From Ilumatobacter sp. (GTDB lineage: Bacteria > Actinomycetota > Acidimicrobiia > Acidimicrobiales > Ilumatobacteraceae), in contig NZ_OZ244049.1 in assembly GCF_965215205.1 (NCBI RefSeq), positions 2,436,955 through 2,500,954 on the forward strand: DNA of 64,000 nucleotides. The letters are read 5' to 3'. The notes under the pieces were generated by a model. That model was not told where the DNA came from. It ran no database searches and was given only the letters and a program-made list of their open reading frames with translations. Below are positions 30,497 to 39,654 of the stretch, piece after piece (positions within the stretch are counted from its first letter, which is position 1; each line of letters starts with the position of its first letter). Position numbers and translations under genes: made by a program.

Positions 30497-30640
30497 CCCG
30501 CCGGCGGACGCTCCGCACGACCGTCCGCTGACGACGCGCACCGACGCACCCGGCTCGTCGGGGGTGACCCCGGCGGGGCAGGATCTCCCCATCCGGTCCA
30601 CGGCCACGGGCCGTCGGTCCACGGCAGGGAGGTCAGCGAG

Positions 30641-31030
30641 ATGGAGAAGGTCAGCGACATGGTCGCCGCCGCCAACGAGGTCGTCGACCACGCCCCGGCG
30701 AGCGAGCTCGTCGGGCTGCACGGCAGCGAGGGGGTGACCTTCGTCGACCTGCGCGATCCGCGCGAGCTCGAGCGCGAGGGGAGGATCCCCGGCGCGTTCC
30801 ACTGCACCCGGGGGATGCTCGAGTTCTGGATCGACCCGGAGAGCCCGTACGCGAAGGAGCGGTTCGCGAGTGGCGACCGCTTCGTCTTCTACTGCGCTTC
30901 GGGGTGGCGGTCGGCGCTCGCCGCGCGCACGGCGCACGAGATGGGCCTGGGCGGCGTCACCCACATCGAGGACGGCTTCGCGGGGTGGAAGGAGGCGGGC
31001 GGCCCCGTCGAGGAGTCGACCCGCCGGTGA
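30641..31030 (+). CDS. Rhodanese-like domain protein
   Basis: VDLRDPRE, GRIPGA, FYCASGWRS, GGF-like DGFAGW; GGGAGG RBS. Confidence 0.88.
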   Translation: MEKVSDMVAAANEVVDHAPASELVGLHGSEGVTFVDLRDPRELEREGRIPGAFHCTRGMLEFWIDPESPYAKERFASGDRFVFYCASGWRSALAARTAHEMGLGGVTHIEDGFAGWKEAGGPVEESTRR

Positions 31031-31113
31031 GGAGCACCTCGCGGCGCTCGATCCGGCACGCCGGCCGGTGCCGGGCACCGCACGGCGCCGAGGCGACGGC
31101 GTAGGTTCGGGTC

Positions 31114-31416
31114 GTGCACGATCCGCTGTGGAAGAGGGCGTTCGACGCCGTGGAGACCCGGGCCGCTCCGGTCCTGACGAAGGTGTTCGCGAACGAGGAC
31201 GTGATCGAGGCGATGCGCGTGGCCGCCGCGGTCCGCAAGCGCACGATGGACGATCTCGGCGACCTCATCCGGCGCAACCTGCACACGGTCAACCTCCCCT
31301 CGGGCACCGACGTGCGGAAGGTCTCGAACCAGGTCGCGTCGCTCGAGCGGCAGATCCGGGTCCTCGACCGACGGATCGACGAGCTCCGGGCCGAGGGCTC
31401 CGCCGACGACTCCTGA
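31114..31416 (+). CDS. Small coiled-coil protein, PhaE-like partner of PHA synthase
   Basis: NLPSGTDVRKVSNQVASLERQIRVLDRRIDEL resembles the PhaE C-terminus; directly upstream of phaC; TAGGTT 6 nt before the GTG. Confidence 0.6.
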   Translation: MHDPLWKRAFDAVETRAAPVLTKVFANEDVIEAMRVAAAVRKRTMDDLGDLIRRNLHTVNLPSGTDVRKVSNQVASLERQIRVLDRRIDELRAEGSADDS

Positions 31417-31567
31417 GCGACCCGCGGCCACGACGCGGGCGACGCCCGCCCCATCGACGAGGGCGATCGCCTCGTCGTGCTCGTGTCGTGCGACGTGTGA
31501 GGCCACGGCGCCCCCCGGGGCGCTCACCGGCTCGTCACGACGTCGTGCGAGCGAGCAGGATCGGACC

Positions 31568-32647
31568 ATGACCGACGCCGAGCTCACCCGGGTCCTCGAC
31601 CGCCTCGTCGACGACGTCCGGACCCGTGCGGACCGCGGCGTGCGGTCGCTGCGCAACGGGGTGCGGATGTACGCCCGACTCGACCGACCCCCGATCGGCA
31701 GCACCCCGAAGGACACGGTGTGGCAGCGCGACGGCGTCGAGCTGTGGCGGTACCGCAGCGAGCGGCGCCGCGGCGGGCCACCCCTCGTCATCGTCCACAG
31801 CCTCGTCAACCGCAGCTACATCTTCGACCTCGTCCCGGGGAACTCGATGGTCGAGGTGCTCCTCGATCGCGGCCTCGACGTCTACCTGATCGATTGGGGG
31901 GTGCCCGACGCCGCGGACGCCGAGAACAGCCTCGAGACGTACTGCGACGACCACCTCCCCGAGATCGTCCGCGCCGCGATCCGCACGAGCGGCGCCGAGA
32001 CCGCGAACGTCCTCGGCTACTGCTTCGGCGGGGTGCTCGCGCTGCTCTACGCGGCCGGCCACACCGATGACCCGATCGGCAGCCTGATCGCGCTCGCGAC
32101 CCCGGTGGACACGACCCACATGGCCCCGCAGATGCGCTTCGGGGAGAACGGCTTCGACCCCGACCTGGTCATCGACGAGACCGGGAACGTGCCCGGTTCG
32201 GTGATCGGCGAGGCGATCAGATCGCTCGCCCCGACGGCCGAGCTCGCGAGCTACGTGAACCTCGCCGCGAAGCTGTGGGACGACGAGTACGTGGCGGCGC
32301 ACACCGCGATGGACACCTGGAGCCGCGACGAGATCCCCTTCGCCGGGGCCGCGTTCCGGCAGTCGGCCGACCTGCTCGGTGAGCGCAACGCGTTCGTCGA
32401 CGACACGGTCGACCTCGGCGGTCGGCACCGCTCGCTGTCGGACATCTCGGTCCCGTTCCTCAACGTCTGGGGAGCGAAGGACCACATCGTCCCCGCCGGC
32501 GCCACCCGCCCGCTGAGCGAGCTGATCGGCTCCGACGACGTCACCGACCTCGAGCTCGACGCCGGCCACGTCGGGTTGTTCATCGGTCGGCGCGCCCACC
32601 GCCACGGGGTGCCGGCGATGGCCGACTGGATCGACGCGCGCAGCTGA
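31568..32647 (+). CDS. phaC: Class III-like poly(3-hydroxyalkanoate) synthase
   Basis: STPKDTVW, SLVNRSYIFDL, YLIDWG, GYCFGG (catalytic Cys), GAKDHIVP (Asp), AGHVG (His). Confidence 0.8.
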   Translation: MTDAELTRVLDRLVDDVRTRADRGVRSLRNGVRMYARLDRPPIGSTPKDTVWQRDGVELWRYRSERRRGGPPLVIVHSLVNRSYIFDLVPGNSMVEVLLDRGLDVYLIDWGVPDAADAENSLETYCDDHLPEIVRAAIRTSGAETANVLGYCFGGVLALLYAAGHTDDPIGSLIALATPVDTTHMAPQMRFGENGFDPDLVIDETGNVPGSVIGEAIRSLAPTAELASYVNLAAKLWDDEYVAAHTAMDTWSRDEIPFAGAAFRQSADLLGERNAFVDDTVDLGGRHRSLSDISVPFLNVWGAKDHIVPAGATRPLSELIGSDDVTDLELDAGHVGLFIGRRAHRHGVPAMADWIDARS

Positions 32648-32705
32648 GGGCCACCGGCTCGTCCGCTGAGCGACGACGTCGGCGGCGTCCCTAGGGTCGG
32701 GCGGC

Positions 32706-34088
32706 GTGGAGCGTCGACCGAACATCGTCCTGATCAACTGCGACGACCTCGGCTACGGCGACCTCGGTTGCTACGGCTCGGAGCTGAACGCCACCCCCGC
32801 CCTCGACCGCCTCGCGGCGCAGGGCGCCCGCCTCACCGACTTCATGATGGCGTCGCCGGTGTGCTCGCCGTCGCGCGGCGCGCTGCTGACGGGGTGCTAC
32901 CCGCCCCGCATCGGGTTCGGGTCGTTCGACGGCCTCCCGGTGCTGTTCCCGGGCCAGGCCGTGGGGCTCGACCCCGGTGAGGTGAGCATCGGGCGGCTGC
33001 TGTCCGACGCCGGCTACGCGACGCTGATGGTCGGCAAGTGGCACTGCGGCGACCAGTCGGAGTTCCTCCCGACGAACCACGGCTTCGACCGCTACTTCGG
33101 CCTGCCGTACAGCAACGACATGGGCCGCCAGAGCGGGACGCCGACCACCGACACCGGCGAGCAGCGCGGCTACCCGCCGCTCCCCCTCCTCGACGACGAC
33201 GAGGTGATCGAGCAGCAGCCCGACCAGACGTCGCTGACCGGTCGCTACGTGACCGAGGTGCTGCGCTTCGTGCGCGAGCACCGCGACCGACCGTTCTTCG
33301 TCTACCTCGCCCACCTCTACGTGCACCTGCCGATCTACGTCCAGGAGCGGTTCGCCCGGCAGGCGCGCAACGGCCGCTACGGCGCGGCGGTGGAGTCGAT
33401 CGACTGGGCCGCCGAGGTGATCTTCGCCGAGCTGGAGCGCCTCGGGCTCGCCGACGACACCCTCGTGGTGTTCACGAGTGACAACGGCGCGCTCGATCGC
33501 GCCGACGGCGGCTCCAACCGCCCGCTGCGCGGCTCGAAGGGATCCACGTGGGAGGGCGGCATGCGGGTGCCGTGCATCGCCCGGTGGCCCGGGCGCATCG
33601 AGGCCGGACGGGTCGTCGACGAGCTGGCGACGTCGATGGACCTGTTCGCGACCTTCGCGGCGCTGGCCGGAGCCGAGGTGCCGCCCGATCGCGAGATCGA
33701 CGGCCGCGACCTGTCCGCGATGCTGCTCGACGACGGGGCCAGCCCGCACGAGTCGTTCGCGTACTGGTGGATGGACGACCTGTGCGCGGTCCGCTCGGGA
33801 CGATGGAAGCTGCACCTCGCCCGCCACGGCGAGCAGCACGAGGAGCTCTACGACCTCGTCGACGACCTCGGCGAGTCGCACGACGTCGCCGCTGCGCATC
33901 CCGAGGTCGTCCAGCGCCTCCGGGACGTGGCCGAGGGGTGGCGGCGCCGGCTGGGCGATGCGCGACTCGGGGTCGAGGGGGCCGAGGTGCGCCGCCTCGG
34001 ACGGGTCGCCGAACCCCGCACGCTGACGACCTACGACCCCGACCACCCCTACTACGCCGCGGAGTACGACCTCCCCGACCGCGGCTGA
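32706..34088 (+). CDS. Formylglycine-dependent sulfatase (arylsulfatase A-like)
   Basis: PNIVLINCDDLGYGDLG, CSPSRGALLTG, GKWH, FTSDNG, KGSTWEGGMRVP; TAGGGT 8 nt before the GTG. Confidence 0.93.
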   Translation: MERRPNIVLINCDDLGYGDLGCYGSELNATPALDRLAAQGARLTDFMMASPVCSPSRGALLTGCYPPRIGFGSFDGLPVLFPGQAVGLDPGEVSIGRLLSDAGYATLMVGKWHCGDQSEFLPTNHGFDRYFGLPYSNDMGRQSGTPTTDTGEQRGYPPLPLLDDDEVIEQQPDQTSLTGRYVTEVLRFVREHRDRPFFVYLAHLYVHLPIYVQERFARQARNGRYGAAVESIDWAAEVIFAELERLGLADDTLVVFTSDNGALDRADGGSNRPLRGSKGSTWEGGMRVPCIARWPGRIEAGRVVDELATSMDLFATFAALAGAEVPPDREIDGRDLSAMLLDDGASPHESFAYWWMDDLCAVRSGRWKLHLARHGEQHEELYDLVDDLGESHDVAAAHPEVVQRLRDVAEGWRRRLGDARLGVEGAEVRRLGRVAEPRTLTTYDPDHPYYAAEYDLPDRG

Positions 34089-34134
34089 CACGTCGCGTCC
34101 GCCACGTCGGCACCTCGCCGTCGTCGATCGACCA

Positions 34135-34668
34135 TCAGCCGGTCGCGGCGGGGTCGCCCTCCTTCGCCCACGCGTGGTGCATCCGACCGTGCCCGGCGTT
34201 GGCGGCCATGATCCCGCCGACCGTCCCGTCCGCCCACGGGGCTCCCGGGATCTCCGAGGCGAGGTCGTCGTCGGACAGCTCGGCGAGCAGCGCCAGGGTG
34301 TCGGCGCGCACCGCCAGACCGATGCGCACGAGCTCGGCGAACTCGGTGCCGCTGTGCTCGGTCTTCCACTCCTCCGTCCAGGCGTGGATGGAGGCCATGA
34401 TCTCGTCCATCGACTGCGCGGTGCCGTCGTCACGCAGGCGCGCGGGGAGGCCACGGTCGCCGGCGAGGTGGCGACGGAACATCGCGTTCCAGTTCTGCTC
34501 GATGAGGGTGGTGTGGATGAAGTGGTCGGCGTACGACCAGCGGCTGTCGGGGTCGTGCTCGCTCACCGTGCGCGCAGCGGTGAGCTCCTCGGTGGACATC
34601 GACCCCAGCCGCTCGAGGAGCCACGTGCGGTCGCGGTTCAGCTCGATCTCGATCTCGATCCGGTCCAT
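34135..34668 (-). CDS. DinB-family four-helix protein
   Basis: WSYADHFIH...HGRMH metal-site pattern; TACGGT 6 nt before the ATG at 34668. Confidence 0.7.
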   Translation of the reverse strand: MDRIEIEIELNRDRTWLLERLGSMSTEELTAARTVSEHDPDSRWSYADHFIHTTLIEQNWNAMFRRHLAGDRGLPARLRDDGTAQSMDEIMASIHAWTEEWKTEHSGTEFAELVRIGLAVRADTLALLAELSDDDLASEIPGAPWADGTVGGIMAANAGHGRMHHAWAKEGDPAATG

Positions 34669-34739
34669 GCGAGGACCGTAGCGATCCGACGGAGCACGGA
34701 TCCGGTTCAGTTCCGGGGTCTCCGTGCCGAAGGACCGAC

Positions 34740-35894
34740 GTGCACCTGCTCGCTCGACGATCCGAGCGGCCCGACCGATCGGGCCGGAGCGCGCGTGCGG
34801 CGCGTCCCGCGTCGGAGGGTCGGCGCTCACCGTGGCGGACGTTCCGCCGTAGCTTCCACCACGTCGCGCTGGTGCGCCTGGTCGGGGCGGGAGGCGCCGC
34901 GGTCGCGATCACCACGGTGCCCTCCGGTGACGCGCTGCTCGGGCGCGCCGTCGCGCTCGCCCTGATCGCGGTGTCGACGACCGTCGCGACCGTGACGGCG
35001 CTCACCGACGTGGTGGGGTCGCGCTCGCCCTCGTCGGTGATCGGCGGTCACGTGGCGTGCGACCTGACCAACATGCTGGTCACCATCGCGGTGATCGATC
35101 CGACGTGCTCGACCGGGGCGTGGACCCTCGTCCTCGTGCCGATCGGAGAAGCTGCGCTGCTCGCCTTCGACCGCCGCGTGGCCGTCGGCGCCGTGGTCGC
35201 CGCGATCGGTGGCCTGTTCGTCCTGATCATGTCGGCGTCGGGTCCGAGCTGGAGCAGCGCCGGGTCCTGGGCGCTGGTCGTCTTCCTGGCCGGTGGACCC
35301 ATGTCGGTCTTCCTCGTCCAGGCGGTGCGCGTGCAGGAAGCCCTGTTCCAGTCCCGGGCCGCACGACGCTCGCTGCACGAGATGGCGACGCACGACGAGC
35401 TCACGGGGCTGCTCAACCGGCGGGGGCTGCTCGAGCACGCCGCGGCCTCGTCGATGCCGGCTGCCGTGCTGTTCGTCGACCTCGACCGGTTCAAGACGGT
35501 CAACGACACCCTCGGCCACGATGCCGGCGACATCGTCCTGCGCACCGTCGCGTCGCGCATGGCCGACGTCGCCGGCGACGACGCCGTGGTGGCGCGGCTG
35601 GGCGGCGACGAGTTCGCGGTCGTCGTGAGCGATGCGGACGCCGTCGCGACCCTGCCCGCGCTGATCGTGTCGGCGTGCGCGGAGGCGATCGTCGTCAGGG
35701 GGGTCGACGCCCGCATCGGTGCCAGCGTCGGCTCGGCGGTGGCCGGCACCGACGGCGACGACCTGCTCTCGCTCATCGACCACGCCGACTCGGAGATGTA
35801 CGCCCGCAAGGCGCGGACCCGGCCGTCGGCCGACGCGCCGATCGAGCGCCGCGCCGCCCGGCCGGTCGACGACGTCGTCGCCGCTCGCTCCTGA
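34740..35894 (+). CDS. Membrane-anchored GGDEF diguanylate cyclase
   Basis: Several hydrophobic helices, then HDELTGLLNRR, DLDRFKTVNDTLGH, RLGGDEF; start uncertain. Confidence 0.88.
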   Translation: MHLLARRSERPDRSGRSARAARPASEGRRSPWRTFRRSFHHVALVRLVGAGGAAVAITTVPSGDALLGRAVALALIAVSTTVATVTALTDVVGSRSPSSVIGGHVACDLTNMLVTIAVIDPTCSTGAWTLVLVPIGEAALLAFDRRVAVGAVVAAIGGLFVLIMSASGPSWSSAGSWALVVFLAGGPMSVFLVQAVRVQEALFQSRAARRSLHEMATHDELTGLLNRRGLLEHAAASSMPAAVLFVDLDRFKTVNDTLGHDAGDIVLRTVASRMADVAGDDAVVARLGGDEFAVVVSDADAVATLPALIVSACAEAIVVRGVDARIGASVGSAVAGTDGDDLLSLIDHADSEMYARKARTRPSADAPIERRAARPVDDVVAARS

Positions 35895-36009
35895 CCGGTC
35901 GTCGCCCGTGCGTGGCGTCGCGCCACGAGGCGGTCGGGATGCTCGACGACGTGGACGAGGTGGCGGATCGTGACGTGCGCGATCCACGGGCGGCTCGACT
36001 CGGTCCACC

Positions 36010-37236
36010 TCACCCCGGCGCGCCGCCCAGGCCGGCGATCCGGTCCTCGCTCCACCCGAGATCGGACATCACCTCGGCGGTGTGCTGGCCGAGACGGGGG
36101 GCGTGGATCCGCACCGTCTCCTCGGAGCCGTCGCGACTGGCGAAGCGGATCGGGTCGCGGGTGACGCGGTAGGGGCCCTCGGTGGGATGGGTCTCGTGGG
36201 CGAGCAGGTCGACGGCGGCGAAGTGCGGGTCGTCGTCGACGTGCTCCAGGCGCAGGACCGCCGACGCGGGGATCGAGTGCTCGACGCAGAAGTCGATCAG
36301 CTCCGCGGTGGTGACGTCGGCGACGAACTCGTCGAGCATCGAGTACAGCTCGTCGGAGTGCGCGATCCGCGCACGTTGGGAGGCGAAGCGCTCGTCGTCG
36401 ACGAGGTCCGCTCGGCCGACCCACCCGAAGAAGTCGGCCCAGTTGACGTCGGTGTAGGGCATCACCACGACCCACCCGTCCGCGCTCCGGCGGGGCCGTC
36501 GGTGCGGTGTGGTGATCCGGGCGTAGCTGAACGGGCCCTCGGGCGGTTCGAAGGTCTTGCCGCCGAGGTGCTCGACGAGGTTGAACGCCGCCATCACCTC
36601 GGCCATCGGCACCTCGATGGCATCGCCCTCGCCGGTCATCGCACGCCGGTAGAGGGCGGCGGTGATCGCCGGCACGATGTGCAGCCCGACGACCTTGTCG
36701 CAGATGATCGACGGGACGAGCTGCGGGTCGCCACCTGCGTAGGTGAACAGATCCGCGACACCCGACGCCGCCTGGATGACGTCGTCGTAGGCGGCGCGAT
36801 CCGCCGACGGGCCGTCGCTGCCGAAGCCGTTGGCGACGCAGTGGACGATGTCGGCTCGGACGGCTCGCACGCTCGTCGCGTCGAGGCCGAGCCGTTCGAG
36901 CGCGGATCGTCGCATCGTGGTGACGAACACGTCGGCGGACGCGATCAGGTCGCCGATCGCGGCCCGCCCCTCATCTGACTTGAGGTCGAGCACGACGCTG
37001 CGCTTGTTGCGGTTCAGGTTCACGCTGAACGCGCTCATCGCCGGGCTCCGCATCGGTTCGTAGTGCCGGATGATGTCGCCGCCGGGAGCTTCGACGCGGA
37101 TCACGTCGGCTCCGAGGTCGGCGAGCATCCGGGTGGCCAGCGGCCCCATCACCACCGACGTGAGGTCGACGACGCGCACCCCGTCGAGCGGTCCGACGCT
37201 CCTGGCGGAGCCGTCGGGATCAGCGGAGGCGGGCAC
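36010..37236 (-). CDS. CaiB/BaiF family (class III) CoA-transferase
   Basis: PLDGVRVVDLTSVVMGP, LADLGADVIRVE, NRNKRSVVLDLK, YDDVIQAASG, PRLGQHT; start approximate. Confidence 0.9.
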   Translation of the reverse strand: MPASADPDGSARSVGPLDGVRVVDLTSVVMGPLATRMLADLGADVIRVEAPGGDIIRHYEPMRSPAMSAFSVNLNRNKRSVVLDLKSDEGRAAIGDLIASADVFVTTMRRSALERLGLDATSVRAVRADIVHCVANGFGSDGPSADRAAYDDVIQAASGVADLFTYAGGDPQLVPSIICDKVVGLHIVPAITAALYRRAMTGEGDAIEVPMAEVMAAFNLVEHLGGKTFEPPEGPFSYARITTPHRRPRRSADGWVVVMPYTDVNWADFFGWVGRADLVDDERFASQRARIAHSDELYSMLDEFVADVTTAELIDFCVEHSIPASAVLRLEHVDDDPHFAAVDLLAHETHPTEGPYRVTRDPIRFASRDGSEETVRIHAPRLGQHTAEVMSDLGWSEDRIAGLGGAPG

Positions 37237-37244
37237 CGAGCCAG

Positions 37245-37913
37245 TCAACCACCCGAGGTCGTCGGGACCGTGGCGTCGCGTCGGACCGACGGGCGCCGAG
37301 GTCGGTCGGCGACTCGGTCGCGTGCGACGATCTCGGCGCTCGCGGGGTCGGTGACCTCGTGGTGGACGTGAGCGCGCTGGCCGTCGCGATCGAAGATCAT
37401 GATCAGCTCCGCCGGGGCGTCGATCGCCCTGATCGCGTGGGGCAGCATCGTCGCGAACTCGGCGGCCTCGCCGGTCTCGACGACGATCTCGCGGTCCGCG
37501 AGCAGGAGGAGCGCGCGCCCCTCGACGACGAAGAACCAGTCGTGACCGGGGTGGACCTGCTGCACCGGGGGATCCGTGGTCGGCTCGAGGCGCATCTTGA
37601 TCGCGATCGTCCGACCCGTCGGCCGATTCAGGTTCCACGTCGTGCTCGCACCGGAGCGGCTCGGTGTCGGTCGGATCACCACGTCGTCGTCGCTGCGCAC
37701 GTCGAGGAGCGCGTCGAGACCGATCTCGAGGGCGTCGGCCAGCGGGACGAGCACGTCGAGGCTGATCGAGCGCTTCCCGGTCTCCATCCGGCTGATGGTC
37801 GACGCGCTGATCGCCGTTCGCTCGGCGAGCTCGTCGAGCGAGAGCCCGAGGGTCGTTCGGATGCTGCGCAGGCGCGTCCTCACGACCTGCTCGACGCCCA
37901 CGCTCGCGCTCAT
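37245..37913 (-). CDS. XRE-family HTH + cupin transcriptional regulator
   Basis: LRSIRTTLGLSLDELAERTAISASTISRMETG, HPGHDWFFVVEG; divergent from the oxidoreductase. Confidence 0.88.
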   Translation of the reverse strand: MSASVGVEQVVRTRLRSIRTTLGLSLDELAERTAISASTISRMETGKRSISLDVLVPLADALEIGLDALLDVRSDDDVVIRPTPSRSGASTTWNLNRPTGRTIAIKMRLEPTTDPPVQQVHPGHDWFFVVEGRALLLLADREIVVETGEAAEFATMLPHAIRAIDAPAELIMIFDRDGQRAHVHHEVTDPASAEIVARDRVADRPRRPSVRRDATVPTTSGG

Positions 37914-37985
37914 CGAGCCCGCTCCGGTCTTGCGAATGCTGCAAGGTCTGTTGCGCTCATCGGAGGCGACCCTACCGTTCGGTCC

Positions 37986-39575
37986 ATGACCGAGCACCCC
38001 CACCGCACCATCGAGCGCCGTTGCGACGTCGTGGTCGTCGGCGGCTCGGCCGCCGGGCTGGCGGCCGCGCTGCAACTCCTGCGCCAGCGACGGTCGGTGA
38101 TCGTCGTCGACGCCGGCGAACCCCGCAACGCCCCGGCCGCTCACCTGCACGGGTTCCTGACCCGGGATGGTTCCGCACCGTCGGAGCTGACGGCGATCGG
38201 GCGCTCCGAGGTGCGCGGCTACGGCGGCGAGGTCCTCGACGGGCGCGTCCTCGACGTCGCCGCCGTCGACGACGGCCGCTTCCGTGCCGACCTCGTCGGC
38301 GGTCACTCGATCGTCGCCCGGCGCGTCGTCGTCGCGACCGGGTTGGTCGACGAGCTCCCCGACGTCGACGGGCTCGGGGAGCACTGGGGTCGCGGCGTGA
38401 TCCACTGCCCGTTCTGCCACGGCTTCGAGGTGCGTGACCGCCGGATCGTCCAGCTCCTCACCCACCCGCTCGGGTTGCACCAGGCGGCGCTGTTCCGCCA
38501 GTCGACGTCCGAGCTGACCGTCGTGGTCCACGGCGAGGTGGACGTGGAGGGCGCCGAGCTCGACGCCCTCGAAGCCGGCGGGGTGCGGATCGTCCGCTCG
38601 CAGGCCCGTCGCGTCGTGACGGGCGAGGACGGGCAGATCGCAGCGGTCGAGCTGCTCGACGGCGAGCGGATCGATGCCGAGGCGGTCGTGGTCGGACCAC
38701 GCTTCACGCCACGGCTCGAACCGTTCGCCACGCTCGGTCTGCGGGCGGTCGCCCACCCGAACGGACACGGCGAGCACGTCGAGGCGGACGTCGGCGGAGC
38801 GACGTCGGTGGCCGGCGTCCACGTCGCCGGCAACGTGACCGGACCGAGCCAGCAGGTCCTCCACGCAGCGGCCGACGGCAGCTGGACCGGCGCGACGGTC
38901 GCCGCCGGACTCGCCGCCGAGGACCTCGCCGACGCGTCGCGCCCGACTGCGCACGCCGCCGACTGGGACCTGCGCTACGCCGGCGAGCAGGTGTGGAGCG
39001 GGAACCCGAACGGCAGCCTGGTCCGCGAGGTCGAGCACATGGCGCCCGGCCGAGCCCTCGACGTCGGCGCCGGCGAGGGCGGCGACGCGATCTGGCTCGC
39101 GGAACGTGGGTGGTCCGTGACCGCGAACGACATCTCGAGGGGCGCGCTGGACCGCATCGCGGCCGAAGCGCGCCGACGGGAGCGGGACGTGGAGCTCCTC
39201 CACGCGGACGCGAACGACCGGGCGCCGTTCGAACGGTCGGGGTTCGATCTGGTCTCGGCCTGCTACGCGTCGATCCCACGCACACCGGACGGGCGCGGTG
39301 TCGCCAACCTCATCGGCGCCGTCGCTCCGGGCGGCACCCTGCTCGTCGTCTCCCACGACCTCGCGCCGATGCGTGCTCCGATCGACACCGCCGTGTCGAG
39401 CCGAGCGTTCGATCCCGACGCGCACGTGCGCGTGGACGACGTCGTCGCGGCGCTCCGGGCGACCCCCGGTTGGACGATCGACGTCGCCGAGGCGCGACCA
39501 CGCCCCGCCGGTGCGGCGTCCGCCGGGCACCACGTCGACGACGTCGTGCTCCGAGCGCACCGCTCGTCCGGCTGA
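37986..39575 (+). CDS. Fusion of TrxB/GliT-like FAD oxidoreductase and class I SAM methyltransferase
   Basis: DVVVVGGSAAGL, ATG, HCPFCHGFE, AGN; C-terminal ALDVGAGEGGDAIWLAERGW; TACCGT 7 nt before the ATG. Confidence 0.88.
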   Translation: MTEHPHRTIERRCDVVVVGGSAAGLAAALQLLRQRRSVIVVDAGEPRNAPAAHLHGFLTRDGSAPSELTAIGRSEVRGYGGEVLDGRVLDVAAVDDGRFRADLVGGHSIVARRVVVATGLVDELPDVDGLGEHWGRGVIHCPFCHGFEVRDRRIVQLLTHPLGLHQAALFRQSTSELTVVVHGEVDVEGAELDALEAGGVRIVRSQARRVVTGEDGQIAAVELLDGERIDAEAVVVGPRFTPRLEPFATLGLRAVAHPNGHGEHVEADVGGATSVAGVHVAGNVTGPSQQVLHAAADGSWTGATVAAGLAAEDLADASRPTAHAADWDLRYAGEQVWSGNPNGSLVREVEHMAPGRALDVGAGEGGDAIWLAERGWSVTANDISRGALDRIAAEARRRERDVELLHADANDRAPFERSGFDLVSACYASIPRTPDGRGVANLIGAVAPGGTLLVVSHDLAPMRAPIDTAVSSRAFDPDAHVRVDDVVAALRATPGWTIDVAEARPRPAGAASAGHHVDDVVLRAHRSSG

Positions 39576-39654
39576 CGTCGTCGGCGCCGGACCGGCGAGC
39601 GGGCACCCGGGCGAGCGGCGTGGAGGAACCACCGTTCGGGCGACCCCGTCGCGG

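Noticed and set aside
36010-37944. 644-aa ORF suggesting a long N-terminal extension on the CoA-transferase
   Set aside because: The extension overlaps the XRE-cupin gene in another frame and is Arg/Pro-rich noise; family similarity starts near 37236.
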